The notes under the pieces were generated by a model. It was given only the letters and a program-made list of their open reading frames with translations, made no database searches and had not been told where the DNA came from. A program made the position numbers and the translations under genes. This document shows positions 28,058-42,430 of a stretch of DNA of 64,000 nt, in pieces. Origin of the DNA: the human T2T-CHM13v2.0 reference genome, Homo sapiens; NCBI RefSeq assembly GCF_009914755.1, contig NC_060937.1; one strand, given 5' to 3'. Numbering within the stretch: position 1 is the stretch's first letter; every line of letters starts with the position of its first letter.

Positions 28058-28651
28058 AAAGGGCGTGTGAGTATTAAATCTGAGTCCCTGCATGTCCACA
28101 ATGTCTTTATTTTGCCCTTAGTCAAATTGCAGTTCAGTTTTCCTCAGAACACTTAAGGCATTTCTCCATTGACTTCTAGCACCCAAGTGAATGTTTTCCA
28201 CCTTCCTATCACGCTTTTGTTAGTGTACTTCCACCCCTACAGATGATTCCTATCTTTTAAGATTTATTTACTCTGATTTCTAATTTGAAGACTGTCTTTC
28301 TGTACATGTGTTTGTAAAGTTAGGAAAACAATTGGTAAGTATCAGTCACTGATATTTTCTCTCCATGTTTACCTATTGTGTTTGCTATTTTGCTCCTTGC
28401 TGTGCCCAGGAAGTTGTTAGAATTTCAGAGCTATGTAAGCTGACTGTATAAAAAGGGACTTCATAAATTGTCCATAGTCATACATCTTCCTTGATTTTGT
28501 GTTTCATTCCAAAATAGTTTTGGGGCTGGAAATGCTACTTATTTTCTTTAAAAATAAAAAAAGTGCATCCCCAGGTGAAGAAAACATCAACTTAGTAAAA
28601 ACTCCAATTTGTTTAAAAACTTAATTTGTAAACTATTATGTGTTACCTTCA

Positions 28652-28777
28652 TCTTTTCTTTTCTTTCCTTTCTTGCTTTCCTTCCTTCCTTCCTCTTTCC
28701 TTTCCTTCCCCTTTCCTTTCCTTCCCCTTTCCTTTCCTTCCCCTTTTCCCTTTCCTTCCCTTCCCTTCCCTCTTTCC
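28652..28777. repeat. Polypyrimidine (CCTTT/CCTT)n tract, the tail of the adjacent AluJ
   Basis: 28676-28777 contains only C and T. Confidence 0.9.
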
Positions 28778-29032
28778 AGAGTCTTTATCACTAGGCTGGA
28801 AGTGCAGTGGTGTGATCCCAGGATTACCTGGGCTCAGGTAATCCTGCCGCAGCCTCCCACATACCTGAGACTACAGGCACATGCCACCATGCTCAGCTAA
28901 TTTTTGTGTGTTTTGTAGTGATGGGGTTTTACCACGTTGCCCAGGCTGGTTTCGAACTCCTGGGCTCAAGTGATCCTCCCACCTTGTCCTCCCAAAGTGC
29001 TGGGATACAGGTGTGAGCCACTGTGCCTGGCC
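28778..29032 (-). mobile_element. AluJ
   Basis: ctcctgggctcaagtgatcctccc; TSD accttcat(c/a)ttttc at 28645 and 29034. Confidence 0.9.
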
Positions 29033-29618
29033 CACCTTCATATTTTCATTTTAGATTGTTTTTACCACCTGAAAACCAGTCATTGCACAGACTAGATCCT
29101 GCCATCTCCTAAGGTGTAACACTGAGGGTTAAGAAAACATATTTCATATTTCATTTCGCTTTTCTTTTGTTTTCTGTTTTGTTTTATTTTGTGGCTTTGT
29201 GTTCCCAAGAGTTTTCAGTTTTTAAATGAATATTTAAGACCCATATCTATATTTGGATGCATGCATAATCAACATCACCTTCAGTTAAACCTTCTGCATT
29301 TTGCAACAAATGGCAGAAACTGACCTTGATATTTTCCAAGAGGACAAATTCATAAATATGAAAACAGAAAAGAAAATCCTGCATCAAGATAGCAAATGAC
29401 TCAGTGCAGCTTCTGTGGTGAAATGAAGACAATTCACAAGGCTGGCATATTTATAAAATGTACAATAAATTATATAATACCACAAATAAGCAAGATAATA
29501 TGAACCCGAGCCTTTCTCTTGATGCTGAGAGTTTTTATATATCTAACTCATGTGCTTCACCTTCAGTGGGTTTTGTCCAAGCATTCTGGAGAAATCCCCA
29601 GGGTAAATCTATCATTTA

Positions 29619-29948
<330 letters not shown>

Positions 29949-30666
29949 CTACTTCTGCTTGGTTACAGATGGTTTGTTTGAAAAGAAATAAAACTAGCTG
30001 TTGTGGGTTTTTTTTCATGTAAATATGGAGTTTTTAGAAAACACTGATAAAGGAAATCTATAAATAACTTTTCAAAACTGGCCAATACTCAGCTTTCCTG
30101 AGTGAATAAACCTTTCCAGCAATGCAGCTAGCTGTGAGACCAATAGGTTAATATGAAGTTCACAGCACTTTATTTTTTTTCTAATTTATCCTTTGATAAA
30201 TACAGAAAGGCTACATGGTAAGGCAGAGGAAGAATAGGAAATGACACAAAGTACTAGATAGCACATAAACAGAGTCAGAGGCATGGTGTCCACGCAGGCT
30301 GGATTTTCTCCAGGTGGATGCACTTCCAAACTCAGGGCCTTTCTCAGCAACAGGCGACTCCTCATTCTCAGCCTTTTCTCCCTTCCTTGCAGCCCCCTCA
30401 GCAGATTCACCTGTTTGTTGCAGCCTCCACCACTCTCTCTATCCCAGGATATTCACGCCCTCCTCCTTCTTCCTCTTCGAGCCTTAGTGGAAGGAGAGTG
30501 GACCCAATATGTCAGCTGCCCTGTTATTTGCTGTTCTTGAAGACGGGTCCTGTTAAAATGGGCTGAGCGCATAAAGGGCAGAGGCACGTGAAGAATCACA
30601 GCATGTGGTGGGGTGCCTTCCATGCAGTAAGCACAACACCAGGGCTGTTCACTGTCACACACAGTC

Positions 30667-30972
30667 TGAATGACTGTCCATTACTATCTGGGGCAATGCT
30701 CACATCCTTCTTACCACACCATATGCCTCTGGCCCTTCTGAATGACTATCCATTACGATCTGAGGCAATTCTATCTCTCAGTGACGTTAGAGAATTCTCC
30801 CCATGTCACCCCGATGCCCACGTCCTTCTTACCACACCATATGCCTCTGGCCCTTATGAATGACTGTCCATTTACTATCTGAGGCATTACTATCTCCCGA
30901 TGACGTTAGGGAATTCTCCCCCTGTCACTTTAATGCCCACATTCTTCTTACCACACCATATCCCTCTGGCCC
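30667..30972. repeat. Three-unit tandem repeat, period 118 bp (first unit 72 bp)
   Basis: tgaatgact starts at 30667, 30739 and 30857; cttcttaccacaccatat-cctctggccc occurs three times. Confidence 0.93.
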
Positions 30973-31843
30973 AAGTTACAGAGCCTAACAAAGTTCTAAG
31001 GTTAGCAGTTTCTGGCTCCCAACTGGAAGCCCTCTGAGTCCTCTATCACCTGCACTTTGATTTCCTGTCTTACACAGCACGCCTCTGCTGCCCCAAGGCT
31101 ACCACTGAGGAAGGGAATGTATGTCTCTTGTTCCCAGAGAAGTTGCAGACAACATCCTCTAGGGAGCACCCATGGCCTCTCCAGTCCTGGCTGGTGCCAG
31201 GAGAGAGTGGACAGCATTTTCCTTCCACCACACTTAGGTGTGTGTCTCCCGTGCTACTCCCACCTCCCACCTCCCCCCGCAACACCAAACCCCAGTAGCA
31301 GATGACTTTGGGGCTTGTCAAGTCATTGAGTAAGAGCACTCAAAATTGGATTGGACATGCCATTTTTGTTGAAATGGAAATGCTGATTTTGTGAAATGAA
31401 GCTTGACTGGCAAAGAACGTTTTCACAATAGCTATGAAGCCTCAGGAGGCATGTATTCATATCCTTCCAATAATCTTCAAGTGCTGGACATAACCTGGTA
31501 ATGTTTGTAGGGCAGAACTCATTATGCCATCGTGAGGCGCCGCTCTAAACCAGTCTGAGTCCGATGAGTCTGGTGGACTGCCAGAGAAGCCTCCTGCCCA
31601 CCACCCTGCAGTGAATTTGCTTGAGTGCAGTGAGTGAAAGTGGAAAGAATTATGTCACAACAATTCAGGGGTAGAGGGAAGTGCCTGTATCCTGACTTCT
31701 GTGTTCACACTTGGGAGAGAGGCAGTTCCCCATTTCAGCAATGACACCACAAGGCTGTGTGGTGGCCTCAGCCTTTGAGTACTGCAGAGAACGTGGCCCC
31801 AGTGTGCCAGCTGAACTCATCAGGACAGAGGCAGGAAAGATGA

Positions 31844-32241
31844 TGTGTCAGTCAGCTGCAGCTGTTATAACAGAAATACCATAGACTGGGTAGCTTAAAT
31901 GGCAGATTTTGTTTCTCACCGTTCTGGACTCTGGGAAGCCCAAGATCAAGGTGCCAGCCAATTTGGTTCCTGGTGAGGGCTCTCTTCTTTGGTATGTCCT
32001 CACAAGGCAGTGAGAAAGAGAGAGAGAGAATGAGAGAGAGAGAGAGAGGAAGCAAACTAGCAAGCTCTCTTATGTCTCTTATAAGGGCACTAATCCCATC
32101 ATGAGGGCTCCACTCCCATAATGTAATGTATTCCCAAAGGTCCCACCTCCAAATATATACATTTGCATATAAAAATATCACATTGGGAATTAAGGTTTCA
32201 ATATATGAATTTGGGGGGGCACAAAGGTTCAGTACGCAGCA
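31844..32241 (-). mobile_element. MLT1A-type MaLR LTR
   Basis: ataacagaaataccatagactgggtagcttaaa...aagatcaaggtgccagc...ataagggcactaatcccatcatgagggc. Confidence 0.88.
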
Positions 32242-33719
32242 GGTGGAGTGGCATTGGAGGGCTCCTGCAGGGCCTGGCCGAGGCAGTGATGAGTGGTACT
32301 GGTGACAGCAGTGGCCCTAGAGGCACAGTGGGAAACTGCACACCAGTGGGTACCAGAGGTGGAGGTGGAGAGCTTCATGCGGTTTTAGGGAACTGACGCC
32401 TGGACATAGATGGTCCTAATGGAGGCTCAGATGGGAGAGGAAATATAACTGCGGGGAGTCACACAGGGGAGCCAAAAGGAATGTCAGTGAGAATGAGAGA
32501 ACCCCAGGGATTCCCATTTATAATTAAAGGAGATGGGGAGGTTCCTACAACCACACAGGGGTTAACATAAAGCAGCAAAATCAAGATGATATTAATATTA
32601 ATATGACACCACTGTGAATCTCTGAAAAACATGGTTTATAGCTGTAAGAAAGAAATGTTGACCTAATTTATCTCCACCATCATTTAACTGGGAGAAATAA
32701 GAAATTATTCCTGTTACTTGTATGAGTCTGTGTTTGTGGCAGAAAGGGTCCAGGTGACCTCCTGGGGATCTGATTCCAATCTGAGTGAGTATTTGAGTTT
32801 GAGCCATTCAGACACGTGTGAAACTTATCCTTTTGGATTTCCTGATGCTTTCCCATTGGCAAACACTAGCTCAAGTCACCAAAAATATCATACAACAATT
32901 GCACATTTCCCATCCCCTTGCTGTTTGCTTTCTGTGCCTCCTAGGACTTTGCTGAGCAGCCACGCTGCACAACTGCCTGTTCCAGCCCCACATCTGGGCA
33001 TCTTGTGGAACCTCTGTTTGTCGTAGGGGTCTCTCCTCTGCTGCTTTGTGGGGAGGCTCAGCTTATATCATGTGACTCTTGAACCCTGGGCTTTTCCAAC
33101 AGATTCTTGTGACAATTTTTAGCTCCAATTGTCACCATTGCTTTAAACCTGCTCATCAAGGCCTGCAGCATCCTGGGCGATGCATCTCCTTTCTTAGGGT
33201 TTCTTTGTTGTTGTTGTTTGTGCTAACTTTTCACCCAGGCTCTAATATCTGTGTAGAACCACTTGAAAAAAAGAAAATTAAATTTTGTTTTCTCAAGAGA
33301 CATGCCTGCCTCTCCTGGGGCTGCCAAAACACGCTGAATGTTCTTGGGTAAAACTCCTCCACTGCACAAAGTAAGTGGGACTCAAGCTGTAAATACACCC
33401 CATTCACCACCAGATCCCATTTTAACTTTGCAAAAAGCTTGCTTAATTCAGACAGGTACATTTATTTGTGTGCCCGGTCCCATAGTAGATTCAAAGTATC
33501 AGACATGTTCCCCAATGTCAGAGACTTTGCAATCTGGCTCATCTGAGAAAACATGGGGGTTAAAAAGAACTAACAACAGTGTTAGAAAAACCGATGCTCA
33601 ATACTTTCTATCTCTTACTGACAAGTCTTTAACACCTTAAATGTAGTAGTCACTGCAAAAGTCTCTCCTTTTTTGTTCTTCTGTCTCTTGACTTTCTTAC
33701 CCTGAATCTAGATCTAACA

Positions 33720-34232
<513 letters not shown>

Positions 34233-36255
34233 TTAGTGTATTAGAAATATTGTGAATTGCCATCCTCATCATTTTATTTGTCCATAGATGAGATAATGTC
34301 AATAGTTCCCATTCCACAGTTCATGGCAGTGTGCATGGTACTTTATACAAGCTGGAGCAGCTGCTCAGATGGTAGAACTCATTGGCTTGGGTGGCTTTCT
34401 TTTTTCTTAGCTGATGATTGATTGATTCGGAATCATGAGGGAAGAGGAGGGGAAACGATTCCATGCCACAAAGTCTTGGGGACCTGACCATAGTTTTAGT
34501 AATGGAGTCAAGTGGCCACTCTTCATCACAGGTATGTTCTGTCGTCCTTTAAACATGAGGTTGTCACTGCTGGAAGAATTTCCTTTTAGCAACTGTACTA
34601 TTAAATCTTAAATTATATGTGTGCGGCTCTTTGACGTTTTCATTGTACTTTTGCATATATTTGCTTATCCTGTTTTACAGGTGATGAAATTGTGGCTTAA
34701 AGAAGTAACTGCACTCTTCCCCCTTCAAAAAAATGGGGCTGAAGTAGAATGCAGATATTTTAAACTCTATATTAAAAACTATCCTCTATGACATTGTGGC
34801 CTTCTCTTTAATATCAGGTCCCATTGGACATTACTCCCTTAACAGCTATTTCTTTTCTTTTCACCTTACATATTTTCTCTTTCTTTTGGGCAGAGTTCCC
34901 TCATTTTGTATTGATGTTGATTATGGAAGACTTAGCAGTAATTTAAGAATCAATTACTTATATTATCTTTTTTTGGTTTTGGGATGACAGAAAAAAATGT
35001 ATTCCTTAAAGAACAAGGCTTTAGTGTGAAAATATACTATACACTGAAAAGGGGCTTGTTCCTTTTCAGATTGACGTGAGCACATATCTGGAGTTGATTG
35101 TTCCGTTCTGACACCCCCTCAGACTAGGCATTTGGCACTCATTTCTATAATGCCCACTATTACACATATATTTTAAAGTTATTGTTGATGATAAGAATAT
35201 AAATATCGACTAATAAAAATTTTCTGGAGAAATACATATGCATGTGTGTAGATGTATATTTATACCTGTGTATACATATATTCATGCATTTATTTTAAAA
35301 CATACATTTGCATGCAAAAAATACAAATGACTCCAATAGAATGATATGATTCTAAACCGAAGCTTTTTTATTTTTACTGTTTTAGGCAAATGTTTACTTT
35401 TTACTGCACTTCTATGGCTGCTTTCTTTTGTGTTTCAGACTGTGACTGCCATGGTTTTCTGCTCAGCATAAAATTTCTATCTGTGTAAAATTATTCTGAT
35501 TGCTACCTGCAAGGCTCTGTGATTTCAGATGGTGTGAATTCGTGATGCCATTCAGATAATGTTCAAAAATGCAAATATTCACAGTAGGAATGTCCACAAA
35601 AGTCATTTTCCCACATTATACTGAAGAAAAAAAAAGAAACAGAAGTATGATAATAGTAAATCGGTATAAGAAGCAAAACACCATGAGGGTGGCAGCTGAA
35701 AGTTAAGCTGCGTAAGATAGTGTTCTCTGAGAGTTCCTACAAATTAGGAGTATAACCTTGAATGCTTCAGAGCCTGATTTTCATGTAAAATCAAACTGAC
35801 AAAGGACTTTCTGCTAGATTTTCAGATTCTACTCAGAACATTTTTAGAACATGCACCCTAATGTTTATGATTAGAGTGTCTACCTCTTGACGCTCTTTGA
35901 GCCAGGCTATTTTTAAGCATCTGCACAGATTTTTTGCTTCCTTGAGCTTCAAGACTTCTGATTTCTGCATGTGAAAGTCAAGCTTCCAGCTGTTTAAATC
36001 ATAGGCAGGGGGCAGAGTTGGTCCAATTACTAGAGGAGACTGAACGATTTGGAGCTGGTGGAGTTAAAAATATAAAGAATGGATGAAGACAGGATTGATT
36101 GGGAACACTGGACTCTTGGTATCTGTCTCCATAATACTAACACCTGAGCAGATGAGTGCCCTGGAGTTGAGGTGACCCATTTAGGGATTGTGAAAGTATT
36201 TCCTAAAGAACTCAGTCTACCCTCTTTTTGTTGTTCTTCCATTAATAAAATAGAG

Positions 36256-36488
36256 CAGGGTTTCTCAGCTATGATACTATAGATATTTGGGGCCAAAACA
36301 TTCTCTGCAGCAGGGCCTGCCCTGTGCATTAGAGGGTGTTTCACATCCCTGGCCTCTACCCACTTGACGTCAGTAGAAATGCCCTCCCACCCCCTGGAGT
36401 TGTGAAAATCAAAAATATCTCCAGACATGGCCAAATATCCACTGGTGTAGGGGTGGAGGGCAAGATCACTCTTGGCAGAGAACCACTG
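36256..36488. mobile_element. MER20 (hAT-Charlie)
   Basis: cagggtttctca...gagaaccactg TIRs; catccctggcctctacccact; aaaaatatctccagacat. Confidence 0.9.
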
Positions 36489-37013
36489 AAAGAAAATGTT
36501 AGATACGCTTATTCACTAAGACAAATTTTTCTAAATTACTTCTTCCAACCACTGTTTTTCCTCTTATCTTTAAAAGGGAAGTGATAAAGTTTTACAATTA
36601 TATGTTCCCTAATATTTATCACACATTTTAAAACTGTTGAATTGTTTTTATATAACAATAGTGCCCACATTATAAAGATAATTCATTTAAAAGAACTGTT
36701 TGCAAATTATTGCAGTATTCTTGTGCCATTATTTTTCTCTTGACCTTCCTTCCTCTTTGACCCCCAAATTATCTAGAACCTACATAAAAAGTAAAAAGAA
36801 TGGAAGTGCCTATTGCCTCTATAGGGTCAAAAATGTGATACTGCATTTTGGTGAGTTTGCTAGATATAAAAGAAAGTAGAGAAAGCAATATGAGAATTTA
36901 TGATGCTAGACTAAATTCTAACTCAGAAAAAGGAGGCTGGTGATATAGTAATATTAGACATTTTAGAAGAAGGTGGCCAAGTCCTCTTTATATTTGTTTT
37001 GGAGAAGAAGGCA

Positions 37014-37373
37014 TTATAGAACAGTCTGTTCTCATGCTGCTAATAAAGACATACCTGAGATTAGGTAATTTATAAAGGAAAGAGGTTTAATTGACTCAAC
37101 AGTTCCACATGGCTGGGGAGGCCTTGCAATCATGATGGAAGGCAGATGAGGAACAAAGGCATGTCTGACATGGTAGCAGGCAAGAGAGCTTGTGCAGGGG
37201 AACTCCCATTTATAAAACCATCAGATCTCATGAGACATATTCACAACCATGAGAACAGTGTGGGGGAAACTGTCCCCATGATTCAATTATCTTCACCTGG
37301 CCTCACCTTTGACATGTGGGGATTATTACAATTCAAGGTAAGATTTGGGTGGGGACACAGCCAAACCATATCA
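37014..37373 (-). mobile_element. THE1 (B/C-like) MaLR solo LTR
   Basis: gctgctaataaagacatacctgaga...ataaaaccatcagatctcatgaga...ggggacacagccaaaccatatca. Confidence 0.92.
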
Positions 37374-40179
37374 ATAACTTAGATATATACCCTGGACTTT
37401 GGACTACTTAAGCAGTCATCTACAATTTTAGAGATAGATGTAGTTATACAGCGTGGCCCCCATAAGAAATGCGGGTTTGGAGAGAGTTCCCTCTCTCCAG
37501 GTATTCAAGTACATCTACGTCATCGTGAGATGACTCCCAGTGAGGAATAAGAGAGGAGGCATCCAAAGAATGAGCGTGAAATTGCGAAGAATGGGAACCC
37601 AAGAGCTCTGATTTTAAATTCCTCTTTAACAGACAACATAATCCTTAACCTTTTGTGCTGTTTATATGATTCATCGAAAACACTGTATTTAAGCTCTTGA
37701 TATAATACAGATTGTGCCCAGGTTTTGGGGGATTAGATAGATGTTATTGAATCTGTTTTCAGAAATCTTCAAAAGGAGTACTCCAGCCTAAGTCATTTCA
37801 GTTTTTGCCCCCACACTTTTTTTCCCTCCACTGCTAAAAAATCCAAACAACAAATTTCATTACTTGCTATTATTACATCAACAAAAAAGGGCATTTTAAA
37901 CACAAAGTTTGACATTTAAAAACTAAAATAAAAAAAGAAGAGCTTTTACAATGTTGAACTCATCTTAGAGTGCATGATTTATGAATACATAAATATTCAT
38001 GCAGACTTTTACAGTGATAGCTACTGGAAGAATGAGAACTTAAAAAAAAAAAAGCCAATCTAGACAGATTCCTTTTCATTCCACCTGCCTCTTTCTTTGT
38101 TGGTGGTAGCAGGAGTTTTTAAGAGAGCTGCTGGGGTTGGCATCCCATTCATCCCAGCCTCCTTTCTAAGCCCCTGTAGCTGATGAAGACAGTGTGATTG
38201 GTCTTCTGCCTTAGCTCTACTCATTCATTGAATCACTTCTGGTAGTAAACTGTGGCAGGCCTTCCACTTCAACCCCACCAGCCAGTTCCATCACTTTGTC
38301 TGAAAGGCCTTTATTGTAACTGAAGCCCAGGAGGAGATGGTGGGCACAGACCACAGAGAGGGACAGCAGCTCATTCAGGCAGCCGGTTGTGGTCAATGGG
38401 TAGATGGTGAAGGATGAACTCCAAGAAGACCTCAGGGGCTAGGCTGCTCTGCGAAGTCAGCTGCCTGTGTATTCCTGAAACAAGCACCTCCCCGGGAGCA
38501 GCCTCCTTGCCATCCACCATGGTGCCTGCGCTCGCCGCCTTCAAGGACAGGTCATTCCAGTTTTACATTGCGGTTTGGGCCCCAAAGTTAATAGTAACAG
38601 TGAATGTCCTTTGGCTGTTATCCTCCATGCATATATTTCCCTAGGGCCAGGAGAAAAACGAGTGTCTAGGTTTGGGTGTTCTTGGTCCTCTGCAGTGATC
38701 CCTTTTAAATTTCACCTATTATTTTTCCTTTCAACACTGTTGCCTTTGTCTTGTTGAATCTTTGTTGCTTAGGTAGCAGCAAAGACTTCCTAAAGCTTGT
38801 AGACAGGCCAATCACAACTGTGAAGCCTTTAGAAATGTTAGATTTTGAAGCATGTTTGAAAAGAGACAACTTTTAGTCTTCTACTTGGGCAAAATCTGCT
38901 TAAGAAAATTTCACGAGCTCAATGTGTCATTTTAAGTGAGCCTATTCATTTCATCCCATCAACATCCTCACTTTCTTCACTTAAGTCTCTCAGAAATTCT
39001 AAGTCTAGAGTACGTGTTTTATAGAATCATGTTCACAATTTATTTCTGGATAGAATCTGACTCTCGGTGATACATTTCAAAGGAGAGGTTTTAATTTCCT
39101 TGCATACTTTGGTTTTAGCAGAGAAAATTGCTTGCACCATATTCATCCCCAACAAAACAGAAAGTGGAGATATAAGGTGGTGATAGAAAATATAACCAGA
39201 AAAGATGCTTATTGTAACTTTATTTTAGTAACGTTCTTTTAAAAAGTAACTTTATGATCTGCTTTACAGAACATGAGTTATGTAAAATGCGAGTTGTATA
39301 AAAGTATGAAACGATGCTTTGAAGTTTCAGGGGTTTCTCCCTCAAATTATTAAAAAAAAAAAAAAAGTACATGTGCTTTCCTTAAGGGTCTTTATTTTAA
39401 AAGCTAAAGGTTTTGAAATATGTTATCTATTTCTAACCTTCAGAATTCCAAGGTCTGTTTGTAACTGCTGTCCTATGTGGGCTGAGGATACGAAGGCTGA
39501 AAACAGAACAAAGCGTGCTTGAAAAGGCTGATTTGAGTACTACAAAGTTCATGACTCTTTTTGAGACACTCACAGTCTTGCATGCCAGGGGCCAGAAGGT
39601 GAACGCAAGAAAAGTCAACAGACTTTAATTTTTTAACCAAGTAAGTTTCTCATCAGGATGTGCTACGTCATTTTTCTAGACCAGTGTAAAGTAAACATTC
39701 AAGGCCTCTTGTGCAAAAATTATAAAGAATTTCAGGACAATAACACCAGATCATTAAACCAAGTGAGCGGCTCTTATGTGTAATGTTTTTCAAGACAGAC
39801 ATTTTTTCCTTCTTACCTAATTCATCTTTTGCTTCAGCCGGGTACTTTGTAACTCAGTGAATGTCTTTGGTTGTTCAGAACAGGCCAGGGAGATCGATTT
39901 CGTGGTTCATTATTTAGCAACAAGACAACATGACTTTTGAATAATACCATAAACTGGCAAGACAATTTTTAACTCAAATAGTGTTTTATTAAATGTACAT
40001 ATCATCAATTGTAAGAAATATCATTGCTTCATGTGCCATTAGGAAAGAAAATATGCCAATTAAATATAATGCATCATCCATCGTAAGGTGAAATGCAAAT
40101 TCAGAGACGTTAAAATGTGAAAAATGTTAAAGATCTTAGAATTGATGTTGTTGTGGATTTCAATCAAGAGGTCTTACAA

Positions 40180-40340
40180 TACTGTGAGCTAACTACCACG
40201 ATCTCCTTCCCACACAATTTTATAGAGGCTATTCTGTTAATAGAAATGAGGCAGAGAGGGTTAAAGAAATGCGCTAAGATCTCATGTCCTGTTGGAAGTA
40301 GAGTGGTGGGATTTGAACTCAGGACCCCTGGCGCTGAGCC
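40180..40340 (-). mobile_element. MIR fragment
   Basis: aaatgaggcagagagggttaa...gggatttgaactcagg. Confidence 0.6.
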
Positions 40341-40494
40341 TGGTTCTTTTCTCTTACAAAGCAGCTTGTCCCTTTAGCAGGGTCTTTCACTGGGAAAGAG
40401 AAGATCCATTGTAAAGAAAGAGAAAATGAACATTCAATGAGAAAAAGGAAAATGTACACACAAATGTTAATGTTTTCTTTTACTGTTTGTCTCT

Positions 40495-40715
40495 CACTCA
40501 ATGTATATGTATATATACACACAGATATATATGTGTGTATGTATCTAAGTATATGTACATTGAGAGCATGTATGTGTATTTTAAATGACACTTGGGAAGC
40601 AATATCTTTCATATGAAATTTAACCAATTTATACCTCATTGGTGTCAAGCTGTTGATAATACATATATCTCATATATTTACCGCAGATTTATGTGTGCAT
40701 ATATACATGCATTTT
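40495..40715. repeat. Degenerate (TA/TG/CA) low-complexity region
   Basis: Directly visible. Confidence 0.6.
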
Positions 40716-42284
40716 ATATTTTGGGGGTGAGTGATATAGTTATTTCTGTGCAATAAACACCATAAAAGTTTAACATAGACTTATACATAAAGTTGCCTAT
40801 GAAGATGAAAGGCAAGTCAGTGAATAAGCCACAGGGTCAATCAAGAGTAGGTAAGTGTTGGTAACTGTTAGAGTAGGTAAGTTTGCAAGATGGAATTGCA
40901 AAAGAACTTTTTTTGGGATATATACCAGAAATTATTTCATCCACCTCACCAACACACACACACGGTGCACAACACACACACTATGCACACATACCGCCTT
41001 CCTAAGCCTCCTTTTCAATCTTATAATCTCATAATTAAAGTTCATTGTGTGACCGGAAAAGTAAAAAGATTAAGATTTGCACTTATGTTGCTCTCCCTAA
41101 TGGGCTGTTACCTCAGAGGATGAAATCTCCAGGGCAGTCTTTATCTCTCCATCCCATCTCCATCCTGCTCTGGGAGGAGGAGGGGAGGGCAGGGCTGGGA
41201 TGCAGAGCTGTGGGAATTTGCTTCTATCCACTGGATGCCCTGTATGGAGAGAGGGGCTGCCCCTGATGAGGGCAGCAGAGCCAAGTGGCCTAGATGCCTC
41301 TGGAATTCCAGGGCGAACAATGGCAAAGGCACACTGTGGTTTGCGTCTGCCTGCTAACAACTAAAACTCAGACATCCAATACAAGGCACTGGTGCTAAAC
41401 AAAAGTCAATATTAAAATCCATCCTTTGGAAGAGGAGGGGTAAAAGGAAAAGGGATTCAGAGAAAAGCTGTTGGCACTGTGGCTTTTAAGACTCAAATAA
41501 CCAAGGACAAATCCAACTTACATTCTTGCAGAGACATTCTTCAGCCCGAAAGCCACAACTGGTGGAAACCTACAAAAGCCCTGGAAAGCGGTAGACTTAA
41601 TCAGATTTAGGTGGGAAAAATTAAGTAAGGAATGTGTTAGAAAATAAACTTTAGCTCCTAGCTTCCTCTCCCTTTTTTTCTTTTGCTTTTCTTCCTCTTC
41701 TTAGTGAGAGGAAAAGAAAAAAGATATTCATTCTCAATTTTCATCTTACAGCTCATTATCTCAATCAGCACATCACAGTTGAGTGCAATGATTTCTGAGA
41801 GAAATTTCAGCAGGTTCTTGTGCTGTTGATGAGCTGTGGCTAATCGCCACAGTTAAAATTCTCTGTCATTACCTGAAATGGATTCTATGTGTTTGATTGG
41901 CAGGAAGGTTAAATAAAGAAATATCATACAGAAGTGATCGTGTTCTTTCTTGACTCTTGGGGATCTGGGATGGAAAGAAGGAGGCTAGGGATTATGAAAT
42001 AGTAACCACCTAAGACCAATTAAATAACAGGTTTATCTCAACCAAATGGGGTCCCCGAATAACAGTGTGCATTGAAGGAGAGGCTGTGGGTGCCCAGGGC
42101 TTTGGAATATGGAAATCTTCAGGTGAGGAAATTATAAGAATCTGATATATGAAGAGAATGTTCCCTTCAGGAATACAAGTCAGACCTCATTAGCAGCATT
42201 ATTCAATTGTTATTCGTGGAGGCTGAAGGGAGATCTTGGAACAGCTGAACAGTGGACTGCCTGCACTGGGACACAGCTAGAAGC

Positions 42285-42430
42285 GAGGACTTGGAGTTTG
42301 AATCACAGCTCACCTCTAGCTTGGTGCTCTACAGTCCCTTTCTGCTTTCAGATTCCCCATCTGTGAAACGAAAGAGATAGAAACTAATTTACCTCCTAGG
42401 GTGTCTTCAGGGCATAATGTATAAAAGCAG
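42285..42430 (+). mobile_element. MIR fragment
   Basis: gagtttgaatcacagctc...ttcagattccccatctgtgaaa. Confidence 0.6.

Noticed and set aside
28609-28900. F/P/S-rich ORFs
   Set aside because: Translation of the polypyrimidine tract and Alu
30667-30972. 118-bp repeat as a repeat-spacer array or coding repeat
   Set aside because: The apparent spacers are homologous to each other, and the period of 118 is not a multiple of 3
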